Source: the human T2T-CHM13v2.0 reference genome, Homo sapiens | Assembly: GCF_009914755.1 (NCBI RefSeq) | Contig: NC_060938.1 | DNA length: 64,000 nt | Strand: one strand, 5' to 3' | In this document: positions 1 through 13,500 of the stretch, in pieces | How the letters are laid out: each line of letters begins with the position of its first letter | How positions within the stretch are numbered: position 1 is the first letter of the stretch | Notes under the pieces: model-generated | What the model saw: only the letters and a program-made list of their open reading frames with translations | The model's database searches: none | What the model was told of the DNA's origin: nothing | Made by a program: the position numbers and the translations under genes

Positions 1-61
1 CAAAACAACCCTATGTAGATCCCGTTAGCAGCCTCATTTGACAATCAAAGAAACTAGGCCT

Positions 62-360
62 GGCCAGGTGTGGTGGCTCACGTCTGTAATTCCAGCATTC
101 TGTGAGGCCAAGGCAAGTGGACTGCTTGAGTCTGAGAGTTCAAGACCAGCCTGGGCAACATAGCAAGACCCTGTCTCTACAAAAAATTAAAAATTAGCCA
201 GGCATGGTGGTGCGCACCTACTCAGGAGGCTGAGGTGGGAGAATCACTTGAGCCAGGAAGGTCGGGGCTCCAGTGAGCAGTAATCACGACATTGCACTCA
301 GCCGGGGCATTACAGTGAGACCCTGTCTCAAAATAAAATAAGAAGAAAAAAGAAAACAAA
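62..360 (+). mobile_element. AluJ-type SINE inserted into a MIR
   Basis: ggccaggtgtggtggctcac...gagaccctgtctc plus A-rich tail; diverged. MIR-like sequence on both sides (1-57 and ~365-460). Confidence 0.9.
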
Positions 361-1804
361 GTAGGGCTCAAAGCACCTAGTAGGTGGCCAGGGCTCTCCC
401 TGCGAGCAGTGGCCAAGATGGAGTCTGAACCCAGGGCCTCTGGCTCCAGAGCCCTCCAGTCAAAGACCCAAGGCATGGAAGGCCTGGCGAAATGAAAAGC
501 ATCTCAACTCTAACTAGGGCCAGGGTTGCTCTGGGGCATTTCAGGAAAAAGGGAAGCCTTTCTCATGTTCACTACCCCAAGGCGAGGCCACCAGCCTGAC
601 AGTCCAGGGAGGCCGGGTGTGTTCCATTTGGGGTCTGCATGAGGTAGAGCATCCAAGAAAAAAAATAGTAGATCCAGTTTGCGATTTCCTTTCCCAGAGG
701 GAAAGGCAAAGATGGTCAGAACTAGCAAAACCCAGATGGACCCTTCATCCAGCCCCCATCTTTTTGGAAAGGGGAAAGGCAGTGGTAGCGAGGCCAAGGT
801 CGCAAGGGAGAGTGGCAGAGCTGAGACTGCAGCTCCCTTTCCACTGTTCCTCCCAACCCATGGTCCTCACTGGTTGTTTGTTCTCTCAAAGCCACAGCTG
901 GACCAGAGGCTCTGCATCTCTTCCCAGCCCTGGAGCAAGACAGATGAAAGCAAATGAAGACACACACCCCTTAGGACAGTAAATACATGACATAACTGAA
1001 GGCCACAGTCCACAGGGCCTCTGTGAGGAGGGTCCGCGTGGCGCAGGGGGAAGAGCGTGTCAGGGCCAGCACTGCACTTATGCACAGGAGGGCTCCCAAG
1101 GCAGCTGCTGAATGGAGTGGCCCCTGCAGGGGGAGGACTAACAGACATAACAGTGTCAAGAGCAGTTGTACTTTCGAAGGCAGAAAGTGTGGTTCTGCAG
1201 AAAGCAAAGCCTCTCCCTGGGAGGTCAGGTCACATGGGGAGGGGGTGGGGCCAGGCCAAGCAATGCTTTCTGGGAAGGACAAGTAATGAACCCTCTTGGC
1301 AGACCACTGCAACCGTGAAACCAACCCCTGTTGATTAACTTGTCATCAACCAAGGCCAGCCGAACATCCCCCAGAAGAAGTCTTCCTGGCACCTCCCAGA
1401 ACACCTGCCTGTTGATTACAGCTTACAGAAAACCACATGCCACAGATAGTCCTGGGAAATCCACACTAGGCCTAGGTGCAACAGAATGTGCCAGGTGGCC
1501 AGGCTGGCATAGGGTTGGAGTTGGAGATGCATGCAGGTAAACCTTGGAGGTGGGCTCTCAAGAGCCAAAAGGAGGTTGCAGCAGCATCCACTGTACGCTG
1601 GGACAGGACCACCAAGCCTAGCTACCCAGGGTGCCATTCACAAAGCCTACCACTGGGCTGGGCAGCGTGCAACCTATGTAACAGTCCTGACAGTCAGCCA
1701 AGGCTTCTGCCTGCCCATCACTGTCAGATAATCTTTTGCAGCCCAGCTACACCTGGCTAACTTAACCCGAGCGCGTGGGTCCTGGGGCACTGTGCAAGTT
1801 GAAA

Positions 1805-1950
1805 CAAATGCAGAGTCAAGAAACTTGGGTTACAAGTCCTAGAACTGCCATTCACTTTATGTGTGTTTCTGAAAGTCACTTAAGTTATCTGTATCTCAGT
1901 TTCCCATCTGTAAGATGTGTGGGCTAGAATAATTCATTTATAACATCCTT
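1805..1950 (+). mobile_element. MIR fragment
   Basis: Core aagtcacttaagttatctgtatctcagtttcccatctgtaagatg. Confidence 0.7.
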
Positions 1951-2514
1951 TCTGCCTCTTAAGTTCTAGATTATTTGATTCTGTGATGTGACGAACAAAC
2001 CAAAAACAGAGCTGTTAGGCCCCTGAACGGAGCCAGATGCCTCCCAGGCCCAGAGACATTCAAACGCAGGAGCCAGGGCCTGCTGTCCTCAGAGCACACC
2101 CACGGCATGGTCACTGCACGCATCCCAGTCGCCTGCAAGCCAGCGAGATCCATGCCCACCACAGGTGAGGGAGGGAGGCCAGCAGGAGGCACACCCTGGT
2201 GGGCAGTGGACAGCTGTGCATTGGCGACAGGCACCGACCACCAGCCCAAGCAAAGCTGTCCTCTGAGGCTGCGGTTCCCTGCGGTCTCTGTTTTGCCTGG
2301 ATTCAGTCCTAGTGTGTTGAGGCCATTTCCTCACTCCTTCTTTCCTAACTTTTCTAAAACGGCTCCTTGGGAGAGTTGAGCTCCCCCATCAGCAGACACT
2401 TGGGTCTTAAGCAACCCTCATTTGTATTCCAGAGAAATCTCCCACGTCTGAGCACTCAGCCTGAGGCCTCCCAGACAGTACGAGAGCAGAAAGAGTGACA
2501 GCCTCTGAGAAGCA

Positions 2515-2632
2515 CGTGTATGTGGGAGCTTGTGAGTGAGTGCGTGTGTGTGTATGAGTGTGAGAGCATATGTGTGTGTGTGTGAGAATGAGTGTGAGAG
2601 CATATGAGTGTGTGTGTGTGCGTGCGTGTGTG
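2515..2632. repeat. Degenerate (TG)n/(GAGT)n microsatellite
   Basis: gtgtgtgtgtatgagtgtgagagcatatgtgtgtgtg... Confidence 0.9.
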
Positions 2633-5600
2633 GTGATGGATGTCACCTATTCAGCTATAGAGCAGCCACATTCTCCCCACCCTCCCAGAGGCTCCTAAGT
2701 GGCGGCCATGTGGCTGAGCAAAGGAGAGGCGTGGGGCTGACCAGCAATAAAGGAGCAGAGGAGTGTGGGTGCGGGGGGCACAGGGTTGGGGGCTGGGGAG
2801 GAGCCTGCTGAGGTTGGTGATGTCAACCACAAAGGGCCACAGGCATGGGCCAGGGGAGAAAGGGTACTCCAAGCAGAGGGGACAGCAAAAGCAGAGGTCT
2901 GGGGTGAGGGAGTCCAGCACATTCACGGGCCTGCTGGGGGCCTGGCAGGGCTGGGGCGGACGGCAGTCTCAACATGAAAAGTGAGGACAAGGTAGAGAGC
3001 AGGAGACGGACCAGCTGAGGAGTTTGGACTTGACCCTAAAGCAACAGGGTCCTGAGCTGGGAAGTGACAAGGACAGCTATGGGTTATGGAGTGACCAGTC
3101 CAGCAGCCTGCAAGGCCACAGGATGGAGCTGGGGATGGATGCGGTCTTGGTGGTGTGTCAGATGTGGTGCTGGCCTTAGGGGTATGTGTGCTGGACCTCA
3201 CTGTTCAGGAAGAACTGATGGGCTGCCTTCATCTTTTATACAGTGATCTCTGTGATTTGGTAGAGCTGGCAAAAAGAAAACTCTGATGCAATCTGCCTCT
3301 AGGTCTATCAGCTCCTGTGAGCCAATATTTAAACCCATGAGCTCAGGCTGGGGTGGTCAGACATGGAGTGCGGAAGAGAAAAGTGAAGTTTGAGAACACA
3401 GCACCAGACAGGGGCAAGATGGCCCAGATTCAGGGTCCGGGCAAGCCAAGTGAGGCAGCATGACACCACCCTTCCCAGGGCCTGGAGCTCCCAGCAGCAA
3501 AACCAACAGGCAAGAGGAGGAGACTGCCAGGATCCTGGCACCCTCCAACACTCTGTGACTCCATGCCAAGGTAAACTGATTAGAGACGCTTCCTAAGGTG
3601 GTGGAAAGGGACCAGTCCTTGGTTGGTGGCAGTGTAACTGGTACTGCTTCTGCAGAGAGAAACCGGACAACAGCCAAAATGCAGAATGCGCAAACTCAGC
3701 ATCCCGATTCCTAGGTGTTTATCCTACAGAATTCCTCACCTGTGCACCCAAAAATACATGTACTAGGCTATTCACTACAGCATGTTTCTAAAACATGATC
3801 AGAAATGCCCTAGGTATACACCAGTAGAGAGCTGGCTTGGTAAAAAGGACAGGGAGGCCGTTTAACATGCAGCAGTTAGAATGAGGCTGCCTGCAAAAGA
3901 CTAAGATGAGATCACTTCCAGGGCATACCGTACAGCCCCATTGTACAGGGGCTGTGCAGCGAGGAAGACTGTCTCTGTTCAGTCCCACAGAACCCCCTGG
4001 AAAGGCTCCAGGCCACTGGAACTGATGGCTGCCCCCCAAGATGGGAAGCGGCTGGCTGAGCAGCAGAGGGACTCTGTTCACAAACTTGTTCCAAATGCAT
4101 GTGCCAGCTCGTTCAGGACTGCTGAGAGCCGAGCAGTGGTGCGCAGGGCAAGCCACACTTAGGATCCATCAGACTCACAGTCCATGTGCAAGCTGGTCAA
4201 ACTCGGTGTCCCAGGCCCAACAAGGGGTAGGGGAAACGCTGGAGCCCTGGGAAGGGCTGGGGAAGCTTCCCTGGAGCAGACGCCAACAACAACCCATCCC
4301 CTCCCTGGTGAACAGAATGAATATAGAATAAGGGATTCAAAGCAACCAGGCTCCAGCCTCCAGGGTGAATGAACTGTACATGATTCTCCATTTCAGATTG
4401 GGGGAAGGCATTAAAAGGGGCTGTGTGGGGCGGAGCAGGGCAGGGGCCCGAGCACGCAAATGGGGCACCCTGAATGTGATTCTGCATGCAGACCCCACTG
4501 TGTCTCCTGTGGCCTGCAGGTCACAGGCACACCCATCCTGAAGGTGGGTGCTACCCACAATGGTCACTTCGGGTCATCCTCCCATGGGGGCTACTGAGGC
4601 ATTACAGTGTCATGCTCCTCACTTAGCCGCCTGGCATGTGGTGTGAGCCACGGCTGGGAGAAACCACAGGCTCTCTGGGGGGGAAACTGTTGTTCAAGAG
4701 CCAGCAGGAAGACCCATGCAAAACAATGGTGTTCAGGCCAAAAAATAACCCTGACTGCTACAGAGGAGAGGGCTGGAAGGAAAGAGAACACTATTATTTG
4801 GAGACAGCAAACTCCCCCTTTTTCCAGGCCTGCCACTGAAAACAATACCTCCCCTCTGTCCCCAGATTTCACACCAAACTTTTATGAGCTTTCTCCACCT
4901 TCTGTCAGCGGGAGGCAGGCAAGGTGCCCAGCCAGAGCTATTCCCCTGACAAATGCCACATGCTGTGTCACAGCACCATCACACTAGTCAGGTCCTCTAG
5001 GCGACCAGGGAAGGATCCCGCAGGATGAAGGGACAGCTGGGATTTCCACGCAGATGGAGCTGGAAGGGGTCGGTCATCTGGCCCACTGTCACAGCTACCA
5101 GCTGAACAACAGGAGGGCAAGAAAGGGGCTGCCTGCCCAAGGTCACACGGAGCTGGGTTCCACCCACCTCAGCAGCAGCCCCACGCCCCCTAAGCACCTG
5201 TCTGAACCCCTACATGCATTCCCACGCACCTGCTCAGGTGGGCCTATGCAGCTGCCCCTCCCCTGTATACAATAATACACAGAAGAGCAGCTTCCCTACA
5301 TCAAGGCCAAAGGTGACATGCCTGCTGGAGCCCCACCCACCCCACCCTGGCCCACAGTCGCCCGGCCGAGTCTGACTTTCAGTTCCCAGAATAAGCCAAT
5401 GCCTCCTGGCAGCCCATGGGCTCCCCTGCCTTGTCCGTGTGATGCATTGCTGGGTTTGCAAATGTGACTCACAGCCAGCAGGGCTTACAAACTAGTGTCT
5501 GCAGGGAGAGAACAGTCATCCAGAATCAGGGCACAGTTTGCGGTGGTGCTGCTGACCTAGGCCAACTGGGTCACTGAGGCCAGAGGACCCCTGGGCTCCT

Positions 5601-6992
5601 CACCTCTGCATCCAGCCACCCGAGTCTTCTAGTTTCTGGTACAGGCTCTAGGTGCACAATAAGAGAGACAGATCCTGCTGCCAGGGGTGACCTGGCTACG
5701 ACATCTACCCCGTGGATGACACTGGCCTCTGTTCCACATGTCAGCCATCCTCTTCAGTGGCTGCGGGCATGCTCAGAAGTGGGAGTCGTCCTGCCGCCCC
5801 AGGAGCTCCTCCCTGACCTCTGACTGCTGCAATGGGCAGGGCCCCTTCCTCCTCAGAGAGCTTGGGGACTAGAAAATGGCACGTTGTCTGTGGCTCAACT
5901 TGGGGCCATCAAAGAGGGGAGCTGGCACGATATTTTGTGTCCTCAAAGAGCTACCCAGCGCTCCCAGGAGGCCACCAGGCCCAGGCTCAGCCTGGCTCCT
6001 GCCAGCCCACTGCAGACAGCCCTATCCACCGTGCTCCAGCTGCACCCAGCTACTGCGGGTCCTTATGCCTCCATCCTGTTTCACTGAAGGGCCTGGTCAG
6101 GTGCTGCTCCCTTGCCTGCTCCCCTCCTGAGTGTCCTGCCCTTTAGGCCTCAACTCAATGTCAGCTCTTCAGAGGATCAGTAACAAGGACCTCCCTGTTC
6201 TCCCAGGCCTCGGTGTGTTTCTTCCTAGTACTCGCCATCACTGGGGCTGTGTTACCTTGTCCTCTATTTACCTATGTTTTGTTCCCATCATCCGATGCAC
6301 TCACACTCAGATACAGCTCCAGCAGGGCAGGGGCTGCGTCCACCAGGTCTTATTCATTGTTGCATCTGTAATGTCTTTTAGGAGAACTCTGGCAGACAGT
6401 AAGTTCTCACTAAGACTTGCTGAATGAACATAATAGTTACTGATGAATGATCTCACAGATCAGTGGAGAGACAAACGGGTAGGGGCCAGGGCCAGATCCA
6501 GGGCTGGCTGCCAGGAGGCGTGGGAGGCCTGGGGCAGGGACCTATAGGGAGGGGCTCAGAGGATATCCTCATGCCTCACTCTGTCCATCCCAGAGGGCCG
6601 AGGTCAGCAGAGGCCCAGCGCGTGGTTTACCCGGCCGGCTGTGCTCTTGGCTGGTGAGGTGGCAATGGGATTTATTACATGAAGACAAAGGCAGACACAG
6701 TGGGCTTTATCACGGGCACACAGCCTGCACAGGCAGCACAGAAACACGTTGGGAAGTCATGCCACTCACACAAACCAGGAGGAAACAGAAAACAGGGTGT
6801 CCTTTCTGCCGCAGGTACTAATATTACTGAAGAAAAGAAGTGACAAGATGTTAGTCCTCTTGGTGTGTGATTCCAAACACTAAAACCCAGAAACTGCACC
6901 CAGTGGGGCCTCAGTGTCCACACAAAAATCAGAAACAACTTGACTGGCCCACCTGAGCTCTCAGAGCTGCTGGACCCATCTCTTACAAAATG

Positions 6993-7209
6993 CAGTGACG
7001 CTCGACCAGGGGTGGCATGGGCTCCCTCCACCAGGGAACATCTGGAGACATTTTTGGTTGTCATGAGGGGCAGGGTGGGGAGTGCTGTTGGCATCTGGTA
7101 ATGAGCAGCCGGGAAGGCAACTAAGCACCCTGTATTGCCTGGGATAGCCCCTAGCAGTGCAGAATTATCCAGCCCAAGATGTCAATCATGTTGAGGTTAA
7201 GAAACCCAG
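6993..7209 (+). mobile_element. MER20 (hAT-Charlie) DNA transposon relic
   Basis: cagtg...tctggagacatttttggttgtca...ggcatctggta...agaattatccagcccaagatgtcaat...gaggttaagaaacccag matches the recalled MER20 consensus. Confidence 0.85.
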
Positions 7210-8798
7210 AAATAATGTGCATAAAAGTTATTTCTAAAACTTTGGGGAAAATGTATTATTGATAAACATTGATATTTCTAAAACTCAACATGCCCCCAGA
7301 CCTTGAGCTGAAAAACCCTGACCGTCCACACACAAGCAGAGGGGCTGCAGCCCACATGCTGGCTCAGAGCGCAGGCTTTGGGGTGCCCTCTCCTGCCCCT
7401 GTCCCAACTGGGCTGCACAAAGTCTAGCTCTGTTCCTGGTTGGTAAGAGGGCCACATGTCTTCCTGGGGACCAGGCTTGCTTTCCACAAGGGGAAGCAAC
7501 TGCAACGGGCTAACGGCACAGAATGGTCCCACCCTCCCCGAAGCAGAAAGGGCGATTCCTGGCCTGGCATTGGTGCACAATGGACAGATTGTGTGGCTGT
7601 CTCCACCACAGGAGGAGTCGCCTATGACCCAGGGCAGCAGTCATCGAGAGGCTGACCTCACAGCAACCCCAGAACAGGACATGATCTGTTTCTCTGGGAC
7701 CAGGGCTGCCAGATGCGTCCAACTCTGCCTCCCGTAGCATCTGCTGGCCAGCAGTCTCATCGTCACACGGCACCAGCTGTGTCAGAGGCAATCCCAGACG
7801 ATGACCTCCTGCCAAGGTGGCCCTGAAATCACCAACCCTCACACCACCCACAGTGCCATCAGCTGTCACCAAAGCCCCTCCGAGCTATGATCCTGACCTT
7901 GCCACTTTCTACCTGACCCTGGGCAAGTGACTTAACTTCCCCGGGCCGCAGTTGTCTCCTCCTGAAAAATGGGGAAATAATTCCATTATCTCAGGGACTG
8001 AGATGGGGACCAAAGACATAAGAGATGAGAACGCCCGTGGCAGAATGGGTCACGTGGTACATTCTTAGAAAATAGGGAGCCCTCCCATGGCTCCCTGGTG
8101 ACAACACAAACCCCTTCCCGGGGCCCATGGTTCTTACTCTGACCCCACTGGTCAGCAGGCACAAAGGCAAAGCCGACACAAGCCCACTTAGATTCTACGG
8201 TGTTATTTATCCTCTGATAGGTTTAGATGTTATCTTCCAAGTCGGACTCGAACACCTAGAACAACAAAAACCTTTGTTTCTTCTACTTCCTCTCCATCCC
8301 TGTGCTGGCGACTGCTCAATAAACATCAGGGGCCAACAGGGTTTGATTCAATGCAGCTGTGAAATCACATTTGTGGCAAACGTGAACCGCGGCCTTGGGT
8401 AGTCCTTTGGAGGCAGACGCAACAGCTCTGAAGGTGTTCTGTGCCATCCTGCACCTTCCCTATGCGGTAGGCAAGGGGACCGAGGCCCAGGTGGGCCAGC
8501 AGGTGAAGGGTGGGGCTAGGAACAGCACTTGAGTCCCTCTGACCCCCACCTGGCCCTGCCTTTTAGGCATTTCCACTGCCCTAGCACAGAATGCATCTCC
8601 CGTTTGGGGACACTTTCATAATCACTGCCTCACTGACTCCAATTAGGACTGAGAGCTCTCAAGTCAGCTGGGGCCACAGATAAGGCTGACAGAGTAGTCC
8701 TACTGTCACTGTAATAATAATATTGACATAAGCCACGGTGACTGATGGTTCACTAGGCGCCGGGCCTGTACTGAGTGGCTCGTACGCATCATCACACC

Positions 8799-8994
8799 CC
8801 AGGCACTCACAGTAAGCGTGGCTGACTGACCCTTACACACACGTGCACCACTCACACCATGCCAGGCATTCACAGTAAGCGTGGCTGACTGACCCTTACA
8901 CACACGTGCACCACTCACACCATGCCAGGCATTCACAGTAAGCGTGGCTGACTGACCCTTACACACACGTGCACCATTCACACCATGCCAGGCA
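8799..8994. repeat. 63-bp minisatellite, about 3.1 near-identical copies
   Basis: Unit aggcattcacagtaagcgtggctgactgacccttacacacacgtgcaccactcacaccatgcc starts at 8801, 8864 and 8927, with a partial copy at 8990. Confidence 0.95.
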
Positions 8995-10319
8995 CTAGGG
9001 GAATCGCAAATTTTAATTAGTTTAATGCTAACAATAACCCTACAAGGTATTTTAATTGTTTTTAAGAAGAAAAAGGAACTATGCAGTATTGGGTTCCCTT
9101 GCCTGTAGGGAGGTCCAGTGAGATGGATGAGTCCGTGTCACCACAGGGCAGACACTGAGAGCCAGCATAAGCCTCACTGCCTTCTCATCCCTCTGCCATG
9201 ACGGCTGTCATTTCAGGCTGCAAAGCTGTAGTTAACCCTCCGTGACCACGTGGTGCAAGCCCAGCTAAGCCTGTGCTGGGTGAGGGGAGCTGTCTATCCC
9301 TGTGGCGAAGCCTGGCCTCGCTTGGCGGACTAGCAGGGAGGGCCCCAAACATCACCCCCTCCCACCAGCTCCCAGCCCTACTCACTTCCTGTCCCCTCAG
9401 GAGGATGGTGGGGTCGGGGAGGCACTACTGAAGGCTACACATGGTTTCCTTCCAGGGACAACATGAGAAGAACCAGTGTGGCCAAGTGTGCATTCTCTTC
9501 CGGCATCCTTCGGGGCAGGAGCTTCCTTCCCAGATCCACTTTAGATGATTACACACTGAGAGGAGCCAGGAGGTGAGTGCAACTTTGTCCTGTGTAGGCT
9601 GGGCAAGGCTCAAGCTGCTCAGAGGCCAGCCTTCATGGCAGCGGAGGGAGGGGATGCTCAGGACCACATGCAGGGGCACCTGGGGCTGAGGATGGGCACA
9701 ACACTGAGCCTGGGGCCATGAGCTCCTTCTTCAACTTGGACGCACCTGGGCTCCAAAGAGTAAACAGTGTCCTCAGCTGCTCAGAGTTCATCTTGCACTG
9801 GCAATCTCCCCTTCCAAGCAGGGCCTCTCTCTTGCCAATTATATCTGATCATATCACCGCCATCCCCGCCCCACCCTCCCTGCAGGATAGAGTCCAAGCT
9901 GCACAGCCTGGCATGAAAAAGCCCTCAAGCTCCGGCCTTGCTGCTCCCTCTCCAACCTCGCTGACACCTGGAGACATCGCCGCACATGCCCATCAGGCAG
10001 CGCCATCTGCCTCATTAACGCTCCTGGCCTCCTCCCTCCCCGCTCCAAGCAGCCCAGCAGAGCCACGTCCTCCCTCCGCAAGGCCATCAGGGCACCCCAT
10101 GAAAGGCCGCCCCAGCGCATGACCAGCACTGGGCATGCGCCGCCACCCAAACACTTAGGCACTGCAGGCGGCAATGGGAACACCAGCTGCTGGGAGCAGA
10201 CACAATCCCTGCCGCAGTGAAGGGACAGACAATAGCCACTGATAAAGAATTACGAACTTCCGAAGGGCATGAAGGAAAAGTGCAAAGTTGGCAGGGCCTG
10301 GGACGAGAGATGTGTCATT

Positions 10320-10570
10320 AATCAGCTCACGAGGGAGGACATTTCTTGGGAAGGGGCACTGAGCTGACGGAACAGCTTGTGCAAAGGCGCTGAGGTGGAC
10401 ACACATCAGAGCCTGGGCAGCTGCTGAGGGGGCCAGGGAAGGAGCGGGTGGGGCAGATCACCGAGGCCCCATGGGTCAAGCTGGCAATCATGGCCTTCAG
10501 TGTCACAGCAATAAGAAAGCATGGGATGTTTTAAGCCAAGCTGTGCTGTGATCAGACCTGTGTTTTTCCT
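10320..10570 (-). mobile_element. L2 fragment
   Basis: ggaacagcttgtgcaaaggcgctgagg...gggcagatcac...gttttaagc...gtgatcagacctgtgtttt resembles L2 3' region. Confidence 0.6.
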
Positions 10571-13500
10571 AACTCATCACTTTAGGGGCCGTGAGGTCAG
10601 TTCTGGGTCTGCCTGCTGGCCTCTCCTCCTGGCCAGGAGCTCGCGGGCAGGGCACCCAGCAGTGCTGCCGCAGAGGACACTCTCCTAGCAGTCTGTGTGC
10701 AGACCGGGAATTCAGGGGACATCTGAGGGACAATTACCGTCCTTCCAGCTGATAAAGACAGGGCAAAGGCAGCAGTTGAGACTGAAACTTCCTTCTTAGT
10801 CCTAAGCTTATTCAGGGAGAACCCCAGGAAGGTCCCCCGAGGCAGCCCCACATGGCCCATGGATCACAATCACAGCACCCCTTCAGGGGCAATTCCAGGG
10901 CTAGAAGGGGCAGCAGAAGAGGACGGTGGGCCCCTCCCTTCCCACCCTGCACCCACACCTGTCAGGTGGCTCTGGGCGCCACAGCGAGGAGAAGGCTCGT
11001 GTTGCCCCCCTGGGAAAGCCACTCACCAGGCCAGGAGGCCCCTAGTGTCCCCGAGCCTGAGGCAGGGACCCTCTCGGCATGCCGGCCCCACTTGCCCACG
11101 TGGGCAGGCCCTGGGGGCCCCTGCCTGGTTCTGCACACTGAGAACCAAACCTCAGGCAGAGCCTCAGGGGCAACAGGCTGCTGGCTCCACATGAACCTTG
11201 GAGCAGAAAAACAACTGAATCATCCCAATTGAGTCTCCAAGCCAAGCCATTTAGAAGCCAATCAAAAACACACAAAAAACAAACAAACAAAAACAAAAAA
11301 AATCCAAAACTCTGGGGCAGTGATGAAGGTTCTGTGACAAGCAGCTTTAATGTTCTGCAGTAAGCCTCTGGCCCACAGCCTCCACCTGCCCACCAGGGCA
11401 GCCAGAAGCAGGCACGGCCTCCTGGCTCTGGGAATTTCTTCCCTCCCTGGGGACCGGAACTTTCACAGAGGCAGCCCAGTGCAGTGCTCTGGGGCCCTGA
11501 GGAACATCTCAGAAATTCATTTTTCTCCACCCACACAGCCCCAAACCACTTCCTCCTCCCTCCCAGGACCTGAGTATGGACTGTGGAGAAGGCCCTTCAA
11601 GCTGAGTCCCTGCTGGGGCAAAGCATCTTGCCTCGGTTTCCCTGCTCACAACAAAATGGGAGGACCCCAGCTCTGGGTGCTGCTTCCCCTGCCTCTGCCT
11701 ATAGCATCCCTATCCCTCCCAGTCCTCAAACCACACTCATGCCTCCTTGTTAATGTCTAGAGAATAAAATTTAAAACAAAAATCTGAAAACAAAGGGCAC
11801 GACTGAGGTCAAGTGTCCGCCTCCCTGGGTCTATGTGGTCTGGCTCTGAACTTGCATCTTATGGCAGAGGGAAGGGGACGATCAATGCTGACAGCCCAGT
11901 GACCGGTGGTAGAAGGAAGCCTCTTCCCCAGCCCCCATCCCAGTGCCTCTCAGTCATTCTCTGTGCCAACCCTGCCTGCCTCCTCTCTCCTGGGGCCTCT
12001 GGAAAGTGCAGCCCCGCACCCTTTTCTCCAAAGGATTGTTCTCCTCACAAAGGAGGAAACTTCCCACCTTATCAGATATCCGGCCTCTTACTGAAGCACA
12101 GACGGTGATGAAAATTTATCCCAGAAATATCAGTGCTGGGAGGTTATGGTGAGGTCACGGCAACCATCCCCCAAGACCCAGACAAGACACTGCCTGAGAA
12201 ATGCACCTGTGGCTGCCTGACAGCCTTAAGCCACAAGGCCCCATGCTGCCCTCCACACACGCTCCCTGTTAATATTGTTTTCTGCCCAGAAAAGGAACAC
12301 AGCGGGCACTCTCATTCACTGTTTGGACATCACTTGCCTGGGCTGTGGGCTGTGTGTGTGTCTGGGAAGTGGGCAAGAGGGATAAGAGCTTGGGAGCAGA
12401 TGTTCCAGAACTCCGGGCCCAGGCTAGCTGGGAGATGTGGTCTCTAGGAAGAGCAACCGTGTGGGTGTGATGAAGTGGCACTCAGCTACAATGGGCACTT
12501 TACACCCACAGGCATTTACTCCTCCCAGCAACCTGCCCACCCAAGGAGGAAGGAACTGAGGCTGTGGGGAGGCACGCGGTTCCTAAGTTTTGGAACAAGG
12601 ATCTGCCTTGAAGACAGTTTGACTCCCAAGTCCTCCGCCTCATCCATCTCTGGAGAGGCCACACGACAGGTGAGGAGAGCAAGCTAGCGCAGGCTCAAAT
12701 CCCACCTGGACCACTTTCTAGTTGTCCTGCAGCTGCTTCTTCCTCCACAGGACGGGAATCATTGAACCTTACAGCTCATGGGAGCAAGTGGGTCAACCGC
12801 CATGAAGCGCTTTCGAGCAGGGCTTGGTAAGCGGTAACTGCTCTGCAGTGCTTTCTGAGGTAACGGTAATCAGGCATCTGGAAGGCCATCGTCCCCCAGA
12901 TGGACTCAGCAAGAGATGCACCATCCCTGCCCCAAAGGTCTGCGTGGCAGCCCAGGCATGGCTGTGCTCCTCCAGAGAATAAGCCCCAAGGGCACCACAG
13001 GCACATGAACTGGGCACTCAGGGGCCTTCCGAAGGAGACGGGGGTGAGGCAGGAGCAAATGGCTCAGGGGAGAGGAAAGTCGCTGTATGACTTGGGATCA
13101 GCTGGGACCACACCCCAGGACAGTTGTGTAGGTTGGAGGCAGAGAGGAACAGAAGAGCAAGCCCTCAGGATGAGCAGCGGCTCACCTGAGAAAGTCAAGA
13201 CTGACCCCCGGCTCTGCTGGGTCCCTGTGGACAAGCTGCACATGCTTCCACGCCTCCACTTCCTGCTTATCAACAAGGCTGGTGAGTCTGCACTGAGGGC
13301 TGTGGGGATCAAATGTAGCACATGGGTGAGTGCTGATCAGCCCAGCCCTGGCACAGGGCAGGGACTCAGGAAGCAGCACATCACCAGGGCACACATCTCC
13401 TCTGTCTTGTTCCCCTCGAACCCCAGCACACTCCTCCCAACATGGTCTGAGCTTTTCTTATTCCTAGCACCCATTTTACAAATAAGGAAACTGAGGCTCC

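Noticed and set aside
8799-8994. CRISPR-like array or repeat protein
   Set aside because: Head-to-tail units with no unique spacers, no cas genes and a primate context; the 21-aa repeat arises only because 63 is divisible by 3.
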